Assembly (NCBI GenBank): GCA_965112735.1
Contig: OZ218964.1
Coordinates: forward strand, 1,302,001 to 1,366,000
DNA from: Phaeosaccion multiseriatum
Lineage: Eukaryota; Protista; Ochrophyta, other classes
Direction of reading: 5' to 3'
Length of the DNA: 64,000 nucleotides
In this document: positions 12,094 through 44,290 of the stretch, in pieces
Position numbering within the stretch: position 1 is the first letter of the stretch
Layout of the letters: every line of letters begins with the position of its first letter
Notes under the pieces: generated by a model
Databases searched by the model: none
Seen by the model: the letters and a program-made list of their open reading frames with translations, nothing else
What the model was told of the DNA's origin: nothing
Position numbers and translations under genes: made by a program

Positions 12094-13505
12094 GTGTGTG
12101 TGTGCGTGTGTGTGCGTGTGTATGCGTGTGTGTGTATGTGTGCGTGTGTATGTGTGTGTGTGTTTGTCTGCGCGTGCGTGTGGGTGGGCTGGGGAAGGAG
12201 AGGCTGATACGGATATACTGACACTGACGAGGAGGAGGGGGGGGGGGGGGGCTTGCCTGGGCTGAAGTGTAGGAGGGCGAAACGTGCAAGCTTTGCTCAG
12301 TTTTGTTGTTGACTGTCAGACGGTCTCTTCTCTCGATGGACTGCGTTTGCCCTCTGTACTCGGCCCTGCTCCCTGCTCATTTGACACGCCTCCTTACGAT
12401 CCACCTTGTGTCTCCTCGCCGTTCCGTTGCCGTTGCTGTGTCCCCCCGCCCGCCCCCGAAACGACATAACACACCGCGACGCAGAGACGGAAAGGGCTCG
12501 CTCTGCATGGAGGACTTTAAAAGAGTACTCGTTGCCAACAAGCCTCTGAGGAGGAGTCTCTCGCGGGGCAGCTCTTTCTCGGACACAGGTTCCAAGTCTT
12601 CGCAGACCACACCATCTCGACAGGCTAGGTCCACAACAGCAGACGACACAACAACTGTAGCAGTAGCTCCGTCATCGGCGGCGGTGGCAGAGGCGGAGAT
12701 TGAGGCCATCTTCAACAGTATCGACGTCAACAATACTGGCGTGGTGAACTTCACAGAGTTTGTGGCGGCCTGCATCGACGAAAAGAAGCTCAAGGAGAAG
12801 CAGGTCCGCATGGCCTTCGACCGTATGGACTACAAACGGCAGGGACGCATTACAGCGGAGGACCTAAAGATGTACGTGGGTCACAACATGGACCTGGCCC
12901 AGGCAGAGGAGGTGCTGAATGAGATATCCTCCAGGAAGGACGGGACGGTCACATACGCCGACTTTCAGGGCTCCATGTTGAGGAGCATGTCTGTGGCCAA
13001 GCTCCGGCAAGAGAACGCACTCGCGTCCTTCCGCAGTCAGGATGGCAGTACGAGTCTCAACGGGAGCAGGCATTCGGCGGCAGGGGGGGGTGGGAGGCTC
13101 GGCAGTGGCGGTGTCCTGCGCTCCCTTTCGTCGTTTGGCGGCTCTGACAGAAGCAGGCAGAATAGCGCAGACAGCGGTAACGGCAGAAGAGAAGAGATGG
13201 AGCACCAACAAGTACCGAGCCCGACGGGTGTGATCGAGGAGGAGGCGCTGGGCCTGGATATTGATGGGGAGGTTGAAATGGTGGAGGAGGAAGGAGGAGG
13301 GAACGAGGGGGACGAAGGCAAGGAGGAGGACAAGGACGTCCAGCTGGAGCGTATGCTCAAGGGGGAGATGAGTGAGACGGCGTTGCACACACTGGGGCAC
13401 GTGGCCGCCATTCAGGATGTGTCTCACCAGCTCTCTGAGGGGGCCAAGGTAGACATCGACAAGGGCCAGCAGGTCGGCACGGAGCTCTCTTTGCCTGCTG
13501 GGTGA
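9904..13505 (+). CDS. Calcium-dependent protein kinase (CDPK); exons 9904-9980, 10205-10718, 11142-11386, 11704-11985, 12485-13505
   Basis: [36 protein letters not shown]; EF-hands [33 protein letters not shown]; N-terminal MGCASS acylation motif; splice phases are consistent. Confidence 0.93.
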
Positions 13506-13568
13506 CGACTGAATGTCCAATCGTGTTCACAAACTTTCTCATCTCGCTCATTTTAATTAAGGAGGGTC

Positions 13569-13680
13569 TGTACACTTGTTGTCGGACAGCTATTCTTCAC
13601 ATGCTCCTGAAGAAATTTGTTATGTACACTTCTTGTCGGACAGCTATTCTTCACTCAGGAAGCATATTTGTACACTTGCT
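13569..13680 (+). repeat. Two 32-bp direct repeats plus a partial third copy between convergent 3' ends
   Basis: TGTACACTT(G/C)TTGTCGGACAGCTATTCTTCAC at ~13569 and ~13623; TGTACACTTG at ~13669. Confidence 0.8.
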
Positions 13681-13699
13681 GGAGAACACTCCTCCTCAA

Positions 13700-14362
13700 C
13701 TATGAAACCTCACCGTAGCGCCTTGGCACTATAAACTTACGAGTAGTCGTAGTAGATCTCTGTGCCGCTTCTATTTGCTCCAACCTCCTGAGCCTAGAGT
13801 TAACCCTCTGTCGGCTCTCCTTGGCACCATAGTCCTGGCCCCTCTTCGCTCCAACGCCGTGCTTCATAGCCTCCCACTCGCACTCCTCATCCTCCTCGCT
13901 GTCTTGTCCTCGCTGTCTGCTGCGGCGAGCCCTTTGGGTCGGGCACAGAGGAGGGATGGACACAGGGGGCTTCTCGACGGAGGCAAGTCGTCCTGGGCAG
14001 GTCGAAGCAGCAGCGAGGACGCGAGAGTAGGAAGGAACGCTGACGCGCTCAAGATCAGGAGTGAGGTCCCACGACACCATCGAGCTGTTGGAGACCATGT
14101 CCCAATCCTCCGAGTCGTCTTCTCGCAAAGAGGGCCAAGCCGCATTGTCCGCATTTACGTCGAAGCACTGCTCCACAATATCGTAGTCCTCCTCGTCCTC
14201 ATCCTCCCCCTCCTCCACCGTGTACATGCGGTTGATCACGATGAGCTTGTTGTTGTTGCTGCTCTCGCGAGGTCTAGAGTGACCCGCACAGGCCCCCTTC
14301 TCTTCGATCATATGGGAGAGAGACTCGACAAGCAGCTTGCTCTTGCGAGGTCGGGTGCTCAT
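13700..14362 (-). CDS. Hypothetical acidic/basic protein (~220 aa)
   Basis: Long non-repetitive ORF with coding-like codon usage; no recognised domain; start uncertain. Confidence 0.5.
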   Translation of the reverse strand: MSTRPRKSKLLVESLSHMIEEKGACAGHSRPRESSNNNKLIVINRMYTVEEGEDEDEEDYDIVEQCFDVNADNAAWPSLREDDSEDWDMVSNSSMVSWDLTPDLERVSVPSYSRVLAAASTCPGRLASVEKPPVSIPPLCPTQRARRSRQRGQDSEEDEECEWEAMKHGVGAKRGQDYGAKESRQRVNSRLRRLEQIEAAQRSTTTTRKFIVPRRYGEVS

Positions 14363-14723
14363 GTCCTTCTTCTCATGGGGGGGGGGCGGGTTCCCCTTCC
14401 TCCATTGGTTTCCAGCTTTCGGCTGCTTCAAGTGCTCGTGATGGGTTGCAGATGTCCACCCTTGGCTGCTCCAAGAAAGGGCGAACAGCTGAATGCAGCC
14501 GTTATAAGCCTCGCGGGACGTGGACATGCTGCAAGCTACGTGAGGACGTGCTAAACGGAAGTGCCAGCAATTGTAAAAGAAAGAAAGCAAAAGCAACTGT
14601 TTGAGGAATTTTACCCGACCGGAACTGACTCAACTCAATTCTGGATAACCAACTTGCCATGTTAGAAGCGTACTAGTCGTTAGGACTCGACTCTCATCGA
14701 CTCATCACAAAACGACCCATTGC

Positions 14724-14964
14724 CCAGGGAAGGGAGAGAAGGTCAGGTGCTTATCTGTGGTGGCCCTGATCGACGATTCAGGAAGGAGGAGATGGGGCTG
14801 GGAGGGAACGGACTGGAGGGAAGGCGAAGAAATGCCGCTGGGAATCCCGCTGGTGAAGGCCTTCCCTCCTGGCGGTCCCCCAAGCTCCACGGGAAGGGAG
14901 AGAGGGTCACATGTCCAGGGAAGGGAGAGAGGGTCAGGTGCTTATCTGTGGTGGCCCTGATCGA
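14724..14964 (+). repeat. ~50-bp direct repeat (14724 and 14915) plus a partial copy at 14891
   Basis: CCAGGGAAGGGAGAGA(A/G)GGTCAGGTGCTTATCTGTGGTGGCCCTGATCGA occurs twice. Confidence 0.85.
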
Positions 14965-17158
14965 GGCCGTGGTGATTATATGCCTCCTCGCATCTTCTGG
15001 CGGAGATCTGTCGGTCTTCCTCAGGGATCATCCTCGAGACGGGTAAGTAAGGAAGGCCCCAGCAGTTTGCTGAAGAAGAATGGAAGGGCAGTTCTGCGGC
15101 GCAAGCGTGCAAAGAAAGAAGTACCTGCGCGAGTGGTGGTGGTTGGGAAACGAAGAGTAGCGGCAGCGGAAGGTCACAGCAGGGCGCTGTATATAACGCC
15201 ACCACGCCTCCCCCCGCGATCGTGGAGGGGTAACAGCAGCAAGAGGCACCCCGTAGCAACAGCAATGAGTGTCGTCGTCTCAGAAGGGATTTTGATTAGA
15301 GGTATTCCCTCCTGCGCTTATTTTCGCTCAGCCACGCCCCCTTCTCCCAACCCTTCTTTTGCCTCACCACCCTTGAGAAGGACCCCGTCTATGCCCATGT
15401 TCTACCCCTTTGTCCAAGACCACGAGGCCGCGGCACTCTCCAACCTCGTAATGGTACCTGGTCATGCAGCAACAGTTACAGGTGAGGGAGCCGTTGGGAT
15501 GGGAGCCCATTACGCGAAAGGCATAATATAAATGAAGGGGGTTAAAACTAACTTCCAACATTTTCCCTCTTGTGTTGTTCTCCAATCCGCCTCAATCAAT
15601 CCCCCCTCAACAGAGGCGCTCGACGGAGCGGACCACGAAGACTTTGTGTGGTAAGAAGGGAGGAGGGTGGGCGTCTGTGGCATCTTCCGCTCCTGCCTTT
15701 ACTCTCTAATTAATGAGCAACATGGAAGACTTGGAAGACTCTTTCACTCTCTAACTCACTCACTTACTCCTCAGGTATCTCCTCTCCTACCAGCGAGGCC
15801 GAGGAGTCCCATCCGCACTGGTGGACCACATCGAAGAGGGTGTAAGGCTGGCAGCCGAAGACCCGCTTGCTCTCCTCATCTTCTCTGGAGGCATGACCCG
15901 TGTCTCCGCCGGCCCCGTGAGCGAGGCAGCCAGCTATTACAACGTCGCTAAACACTACGGATGGTTCGATCAGGAGGAGGTGCAGAGAAGGACCACCACG
16001 GAAGAGTTCGCACGAGACTCATTTGAGAACCTTCTCTTCTCCATTGCGCGTTTCCGAGAAGTGACGGGGCACTACCCCCGAAAGTTGACTGTTGTGGGCT
16101 ACGATTTTAAGGAGCATCGATACTCGCACCAGCACCGGAAGGCCCTTCGGTGAGAACCAACTTGACCAGTTTTTCTGGGGGCGGGGGAAGAGGGAGGGAG
16201 GAAGGGCAGTCAGTCAGTCAGTCAGTCAGTCAGTCAGTCAGTCAGTCAGTCAGTCAGTCAGTCAGACAGTCAGTCAGTCAATCAGTCAGTCAGTCAGTCA
16301 GTCAGTCAGTCAGTCAGTCAGTCAGTCAGTCAGTCAGTCAGTCAGTCAGTCAGTCAGTCAGTCAGTCAGTCAGTCGGTCAGTCGGTCAGTCAGTCAGTCA
16401 GTCGGTCAGTCGGTCAGTCAGTCAGTCAGTCAGTCAGTCAGTCGGTCAGTCGGTCAGTCAGTCAGTCAGTCAGTCAGTCAGTCTGTCAGTCTGTCAGTCA
16501 GTCGGTCAGTCGGTCAGTCAGTCGGTCAGTCAGTCAGTCAGTCTGTCAGTCTGTCAGTCAGTCGGTCAGTCGGTCAGTCAGTCGGTCAGTCAGTCAGTCA
16601 GTCATCATCCCACTGCTAGCCTGTGCGAGCTCTCATCTCGGTGGCTCCAGCAAATGTCGTGGAGATGCAGATAGATAGATGGTCCGTCCTTCAGTCCCTC
16701 ACCTCACCCCCACTTCCCCACTCGCCCTGCCCTTTGTACTTGCCTTCTCTCGTATGTACATACGTATGTGTGTATGCATGTATGCATGTATGCATGTATG
16801 TATGTATGTATGTATGTGATGTATGTATGTGTGTATATATGTGTATATATGTATGTACGTACGTGCGTATGTAATGTATGCTAGGTGGCCGGAGTCTCGG
16901 TACGAGTACATAGGGCTCCCTCCCCCCGGCGAATTCGAAGTTTCAACGGCGCTTGACGGGGAGGATCACACGGAAGTGGCCTTTGCCGCCGACCCGTATG
17001 CCTGCCTGGACGAGTCGCTGGTCAGCAAGAAGGCACTCCGAAACCCCTTTTCGCGCACCATGCCCTACACACTGAGCTGCCCGGAGATGTTCAATTTACT
17101 CCAGTACTGCGGGAAGGAGGTGTTTGGGGGAGACTTGCCGTGGGCTTCTTCTTCTTGA
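14792..17158 (+). CDS. DUF218/YOR238W-like protein with N-terminal membrane anchor; exons 14792-15042, 15381-15481, 15614-15650, 15775-16149, 16885-17158
   Basis: LVMVPGHA, WYLLSYQ, LIFSGG.TR, SEAASY, EEFARDSFENLLFSIARFREVTG.YP, DPY..L..KK..RNPF. All phases fit; exon 1 is less certain. Confidence 0.85.
16207..16604 (+). repeat. (CAGT)n intronic microsatellite
   Basis: About 100 tetramer units with CGGT/CTGT variants. Confidence 0.95.
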
Positions 17159-17664
17159 TGTGTTGGGGGAAACGCCATCCATCCATCACCCTGTGAAGTG
17201 AAAGTGAGACGTTTGCGTGTGCTGCTGACGGATCAGAGAGGCGCAACGCCAGCATCAGCACGCAGACACAAGAGAGCGAGGGAGAGTGTGATGGAGAGAG
17301 AGAGAGGGGGGGGGGGGAGGGGACTCAAGCCAAGTCGAGCCGAGCGAAGGGCCAACGTTGGGGGGGGCTTTCTACCTTTTGTGAGAGCGACGCTTCGAGC
17401 CGAGTGCATGCCAATTGGGAGGCGCCGGAGAGAGACGGCCTTTGTTCGTCGCCGGATTCGATTCATCATCGCACCTTGTTGTGCGGTGCAAGCGTCCTTG
17501 GTGCTTCTCTGCCATGGTACCCCACTCTGACACTTGGGTGTTGCATGTGTACCTGGTTGGGCATCAGTCCTCCTTGTCAAGCATACCCCGACTCTGTCGA
17601 TTGCGGCCAGGCGCCCGTCTGTGCCCTGCGGTAGGACGGCGTCTTGTCGGACGGGCGCGGCGTC

Positions 17665-17744
17665 ACCGAGCCAGAGTAAGGGCATGACCGAGCCAGAGCA
17701 AGGGCATGACCGAGCCAGAGCAAGGGCATGACCGAGCCAGAGCC
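17665..17744 (+). repeat. 22-bp minisatellite, ~3.6 copies
   Basis: Unit ACCGAGCCAGAGCAAGGGCATG. Confidence 0.9.
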
Positions 17745-18920
17745 ATCCGCAAAAGGGAGCACGTGTGTGCGCTTTGCTCTGTGGCGGGAGGGGGGAGGGG
17801 GCGGTACCATAGAGGGGGAGGGGGAGAGACTTTTCCATCGATCTGACGTGACGGGGGCCCGAGAGGCTGCTTTTCAGCCCGCGACAGCGCCACGCCACAC
17901 CACGCCACACCAGTCTTCGCCCGAAGCGCTCCCCTCCCATTGGGGGTCTGAAACGCACGCACACACGCAGAGAGAGAGAGAGAGGACACCTTTCTTTGAA
18001 AGCCTTTCGGGACCCCTCTTCGGTCTCGACGGGGCACGCAAACGCGCACACCCACGCACACGCACACGCGCACGCACACGCACAACAACTGCCGATAAGG
18101 CGGCAAGAATGGTCGCAGAATGGTCGCAGATTGGGTGTCGTACTCTGCCCCCAAGACCCCCGGCCTCTTAGCGAGACTCTCGACCGCAGCACCTCCCAGC
18201 GCTAGCCCAACTCGAAGGACTTGAGGTATAGGAACACCCCAACAGGAAACAGGGGGGGGGGGGGGCACAAGAAGGGGAGAGGTTTGCATGGATTTCTGTA
18301 GTTTCTTTGGTTGTTGGTCGTAGTCTCAGAGGGTGGTGAACCACACCCTGAGGTAACCTCTGCGCTAGCTTGGCCTCAGAGCCGCCGGTGTCTTTCAAAG
18401 TCCGCTTCCATTGTCTTTCAAAGCCATGGTGCAAGGAAGCAACACCAAAGAAGGCCTCCACCTCCCTCCCTTTTCCGGCCTTTTTCTTCTTCATTTAAAA
18501 TTGAGAAGTTGAAAGGATACGTCTAAAATCTATCCTTCCTTGCCCTGGAAGCCCTTGCATGGAAGCCCCTCCCCCCCCTCCTCTCTACGACAGGTCGTCT
18601 GTCCCAGCGTATCTTCTCTCCTCCCCTCTCTGTAGGCCAGTTTTCAGTTTTCAGTTATCTTCCTTCTCTCTGTATCGAACACCTCTAATAATTGAAGAAT
18701 TGCAGGCCGTCCGCTCGTCTTTCGGCCTCTCTCCTCATTGTGTGTACACTCCTTCATAAGGACTTAGATTCTCTTTCTCTGTCTCTCGCTCACACACGCT
18801 CTCTCTCTCTCTCTCTCTCTCATGCCCTCTCTTGCCTCCCTCCTCGACCCACGAATGTGCTTCCCACCCCCTCACCACCCCCTCCTCCCTCCCTCCCTCC
18901 CTCCCTTCCTCTTTTTCTCT

Positions 18921-23608
<4,688 letters not shown>

Positions 23609-23826
23609 ACGAGGAGGTGCGTGAGCGAAAAAGCAAATGGGACGATCACTGACTGTGAGCATGTCGATGTCCGGCGGCGGCGCTTCACAGTTGGCTGTGA
23701 AGGTTGGTCGTTCAGCCAACGGCTGTTGAGTATTGAGTATTGATATCATATCATGACGAGAGCAACTCCAGGCATTCAATAAGCGGGGAGAGACAGCTGG
23801 TGGGCTGGGTAAGTCAGCGGGGAAGG

Positions 23827-39505
<15,679 letters not shown>

Positions 39506-39944
39506 TGTGAAGACAGAGGGGCACTCGTTCATTTGGGCCTGCAGGCACCAGCCACGCACCCATGCACACACACACGGAATGCTCAATAGAGGACTGACTG
39601 ACTGACTGACTGACCGACTGACTGACTGACTGAGTGACTGACTGGCTGACTGACTGACTTGACTGACTGACTGGCTGGCTGGCTGGCTGGCTGGCTCTGG
39701 TAGCATTTGTAGGCCACACAATCCAACCTCTGAATTGCGCTCATCGCGTAAGGTACGGTATCGATGTTGGTTGTTCATTCACATCCCAGCAGAGCAGGAA
39801 GCACAACAGGAAGCAGAACAGGAAAGAAGCGACAGTAAAGGAATGTATCTTGGTACATACGTGAGTCATCAAAAGATGCAGAAACGGCCTGGCTGATTGA
39901 TTGATGATTGATTGAATGGGTGATTGGCTTCGCTCAAAACACAG

Positions 39945-39975
<31 letters not shown>

Positions 39976-40251
39976 TCCCTCTATCGTGAATCAGCTCCAC
40001 CCATCCCCTCACCTCCGGGTGGGAGGGCCCCAGGGGGCAGTTTGACCTACGGGTACGAATCACCTCAGAATTTATTACGTAATTTTACGTAATTGTGCAG
40101 GGTGTGTGCGTGTGTGCGTGTTGTGCGGGGGGAGGGGAATCATCTCCATCTATGCACCGACAACACCACACGGAGGAGAGAAGCCCGACTCAGACTCTGA
40201 CAGACTGGCTTATTCTATTCTCTATTCCGTCTTTCCGTCCTTCTATTGCCT

Positions 40252-42686
40252 CTATTCCTTGTTGTTGTTGCTGCTGCTGCTGCTACTGCTTTCCTTCTCC
40301 TTCTTCTTGCCACCGCGCATCAGCCCACCGAGGCTCAGCCTTCGAGAGGAGATTTTCTTACCCAGTAGCCCTCCACCTCCACCTCCGCCTCCTCCTCCAG
40401 AATCGCCATCTGTGACGGCATCCACCGATGTAGAGATGTCACTGACGCTCCTCCCCCCCCCTGGTGTGCCTGAGCGCGAGCTACTGCCGTTGCTAATAAA
40501 ACTGCTGTTATTGCTGTTGCCGTTGCTGTTGCCGTTGCTGTTGCCGTCTTCGGTGGCAAATGGACTCGGGCTGCCTCCATAGGAGAGCTCAGACATGTCT
40601 TTGTCAGAGCATTCTTCACCACCCCCTCCTCCTCCTCCTCCTTTGTCTTTCTTCCTCCGAAATAGACCAGAGATGGATCTCCGGCTGCTCGTCTTTCTCT
40701 TGAGACCTTCTCCCCCTCCCCCTCCCCCTCCTCCTCCTCCACCACCACCACCTCCACCACCTCCTCCTCCTCCTCCTCCTCCTCCTCCTCCTCCTCCTCC
40801 TCCTCCTCCTCCTCCTCCTCCTCCTCCTCCTCCTCCGTTCACAAAGGGGCTCATCGTAAGGCTTGCCCCCTCCCCCCCCTCGGTCGAGCCGGAAGCGCCC
40901 AAACTCGAGAAGCCACCACCTCCTCCTCCCGCCCCCCCTCCACCACGGAGGAGAACCCCAGGGACCCCATTGGGAGTAGAGCTCTGTGAGCACGAAGGAG
41001 AAGAGCGAATTGACGATGATGGTGAACATGCGTTTGAGCAGCTTCTCTTGACCTCACTCTTTGTCATGGGACTGCTCTTCGCAGCCTTTAGACGGAGGTT
41101 CTCTTGCTCCGCCTTGGTGAGCTTCTCCTTCATACTTCGCTGCCTCGTGATGGCGGCGCTCAGCTCCTCTTGCAGCCTCGCCTTCTCCTTCCGGAGAAGG
41201 TCGTGTTTTCGTTGCCTCTCCCCCTCCTCTCGCTGCTCTCGCTGCTCTCGCTGCTGCTTCCTCTCCCGACGCTGCTCTTCGTCCCCTCCCCCCTCGGTAT
41301 CATCCTCGGTGGTACAAGTGGCAGCGAGGGTGGTGCTGCTGCCGATGCTTCCAATGCTTACACTTGCATCTCTCGCCTCCTCCTCGGCGGCGTCCATGAG
41401 AAGAATGTCCATTCGGTCCTCCAAAATATTCGTCTGTGGCGTGGTATGGTATGGTGTGGGGTGTGGTGTTGTGTTGTAATGACAAAAGGGAAAGCAAAAC
41501 ACAGAGCGCAAGCAGGGTGAGGGGTGAGGGTTCGGTGTGGTGTGGCCTGCTCCACCAGGTCTGAGTAGGGCACATTGAAATTGAAATTGAAACTGAAGTG
41601 GCATGTTCCTTCCCTTCCGCCACGCCATGCCGTGCCTTTCTTCCCCTCGAAACAACTGTATCACCAACTGCCCTCTGTCTCTCTCTCTCTCTCTCACCCT
41701 TAAGGTGAGTGTCCTCCTCTCCTCCTGGAGGGCGTCTTCCTGCCCCTTGACAACAGAGGCCTCGCACTGGTCCATGAGCCGCTGGCCCTGCAGGGATGGC
41801 AGTAGATGGGGTAGAGTGGGGTGGCGGGGAGAGAGAGAGAGAGAGAGGTGAAGATGGGAGGGGTGAGTGGGAGGGAAGGAGAGAAAGACATGTTGAGAAA
41901 GAGAGAGGCAGAGATTGGGCAGGCAGGAGGATGGGCACTCGCTGTCCGCCCACGCGCTCAGCCCTGCCCTGTTTGACGACCGCTCTTGCTCTCACCTCCT
42001 TGAGATCTCCCATGAGTATGAAGGTCTCTAACCGCTTGAGTACAGACACGTGCTCCCCCACCAACTTGTCGCGAATGGCGAGGGAGTCCCAAAGCACTTT
42101 CCTGTCGTATCATGTGATGGGATGACGTAGGACGGGGTGGGATCACTCACGTTGAGACGGGTGGAGCGTTCTAGTACAGGTACAGCAGGTGGCACAGCGA
42201 ATAAGATGGCATGCTGCTTTGCTTTGCTTTGCTTTGCTTACTTACCCCATTGCCTTGGCGATCTCGCCAAGCTGCTTGTCCCTGCTCAGGTCCTCCATAT
42301 CAATGAGAGGGTCATACCGCCTTCGCTCGGTATCGTACGCCTTCCTCTACTCACATCATCACACACACACATACACACACGCACACGCACACGCACACAA
42401 ATACAGGAGATAATGAAGATGGGGTCAGTCGAATGGCCCCAACCCCATGGGGGGTAGCTCTGGCTACCTCACCATGTGTTACGCAATCTGATTAACCAGT
42501 CTGCTTGTCTACCTGCCCATATGCCTGTCTGCCTGCCTGCCCATGTGCCGGGGTACTGACCTGCTTGTAGGCCTGCCAATCCACTGCCAGCTCGTCGAAC
42601 TCCACCAAACCGTTCTCAGCGAGCAGGTAGAATGCCTCTTCCGCAGCACCTGTACACCCTGAGGAGCGAGAGAGAGGGGGGGGAGG

Positions 42687-42720
<34 letters not shown>

Positions 42721-44069
42721 GAGACACACAGAGAGAGAGAGACACATGGTGAGAGAGACCTTCGGGCTTGCGCCCGTGCAGTACGCACAAACACGAGGGA
42801 GGGACAACACTTCGAACACACACACACACACACGCACACACACACGCACATACACACAAACACACACAAACACATGCAACACATGCACTGAGCACTGAGC
42901 ACACTTACGGCATTCCAAGAGACGCATACTCTGGTCCACATGCGCTATGCGATGTCCCATGTCTTCATCCTGAATGAGCACCACGTAGCTGCCCATGGGC
43001 ATGTAGATGGAGGCCGTGCCCACCTCGTTTGTGTCCACCACTGCTTGCACAGACCCTTCCCCTTCCCCTTCCCCTTCCCCTGCATCTAGCTCGGCTAAGA
43101 CCTTCGCCTTCTTGTCCTGCTCGGTGTCAACGCTGGGGTAACTGATGCTCCAATTCACCTCCATAGCCGAGTTCTTGAGCCGGAGGGGAGGAAGGACGGG
43201 GGGGGAGGAGGGGAGGGGAGGGAGCTTTTACCAAGCCGATTGTGTGCACCAGGTTCTTCCATCCATTCCCTTCTCTTCGGTACAGCTTGGCCCGAAAAGA
43301 AACCTCTCCCTCTCGCTCCATCTATATCTCTTCCTCCCCTCTCTCTCCCTGTCTCTCACCCTGATCAGCGTCTTGAAGAGAGCAGCGGAGTTTTTAGCGC
43401 TGTCGCGCTGCCCGTCCATACACTCCAGCAGGTGCATGGCCTTGCAGTCGAGCTTGATGTTGCCCTCCCACTGGGGATCCTCCTCATCAGGCACTTTTAC
43501 GAACACACTCTGAGTTGCATGTACACACGCATGCACACACACACAAGCCCATATGAACGAACACACAAGAACAGAGAGAAGAGAGAGTGAGAGAGAGACG
43601 GAGGGTGGTGTTAAAGAATAAAGGGAAAGCCATACTCAGAGTATGAACTGATGGATTCTTTCGGCCCTCACGTGGTCTTTCTCGTGGTAGGCGTAGGCAG
43701 TCCCAAAGAACCACTCGCCCCCTTCGTCCAGGATGTCCACCACCCACTCGATAGGCAGCACTACATCGTCCTCGTCTTTGGTGGGGTCAGCATGCTCGGC
43801 CACCAGCGCCTCCAGAGCCTGAGGGGGGATTGGGTGTGTTGTCAGGACTTGATGCTTGGCCCGAGGACGGACACGGACACAGAGGACAGATCATGACTTA
43901 CGCTCTCCTCTGCCTTGGAGATGTATAGCTCCTCCAGCTCCATGAAGCTGGAGGCCAGTATTCCACTGAGGGAAGGGTGTTGACGTAAAGGCTTGAGCTT
44001 CAGCCTGGGGTGAGGCTTGTCCCCTCCGAGAGCCCTCCCTCCTTCCTTCTTCTCCTCCTCCTGCTGCAT
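40252..44069 (-). CDS. Multi-exon hypothetical protein with C-terminal coiled coil and Gly/Ser-rich tail
   Basis: Coding-like segments at ~44069-43902, 43819-43676, 43510-43362, 43176-42909, 42658-42561, 42347-42246, 42100-41996, 41788-41698 and 41434-40252, bounded by GT/AG and separated by microsatellite introns. No family recognised. Confidence 0.6.
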
Positions 44070-44193
44070 ATCGGCCGTCACGAAGAGCGACAAAACACCT
44101 CCTTCTCCTTCCACCTCTCCTATCTATTTTCCTTCTAGCCCACTCCCCCAGCTCCCTCTTTTCTCCCTCTTTTCCCCACCCAATGGCCGTTGT

Positions 44194-44252
44194 GGTGAAA
44201 AAATTGCCTGGCCCATACGCCCCCAAATTTCACTGACATACTCTGCTCTCCA
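44194..44252 (+). promoter_or_regulatory. ~55-bp element ending ~40 bp upstream of the TXNDC9 ATG (copy 1)
   Basis: GGTGAAA..TGCCTGGCC.ATA.GCCCCCAAATTTCACTGACATACTCTGC, near-identical to 46301-46353. Regulatory role is inferred only. Confidence 0.5.
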
Positions 44253-44290
44253 AAGTTTTCCGATATCGTTTTCCGTTCAAACGTCTAACC

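Noticed and set aside
13569-13680. CRISPR-like 32-bp repeats with spacers
   Set aside because: Only two full repeats, short unequal spacers (22 and 14 bp), no cas genes and a eukaryotic context; a local tandem duplication is simpler.
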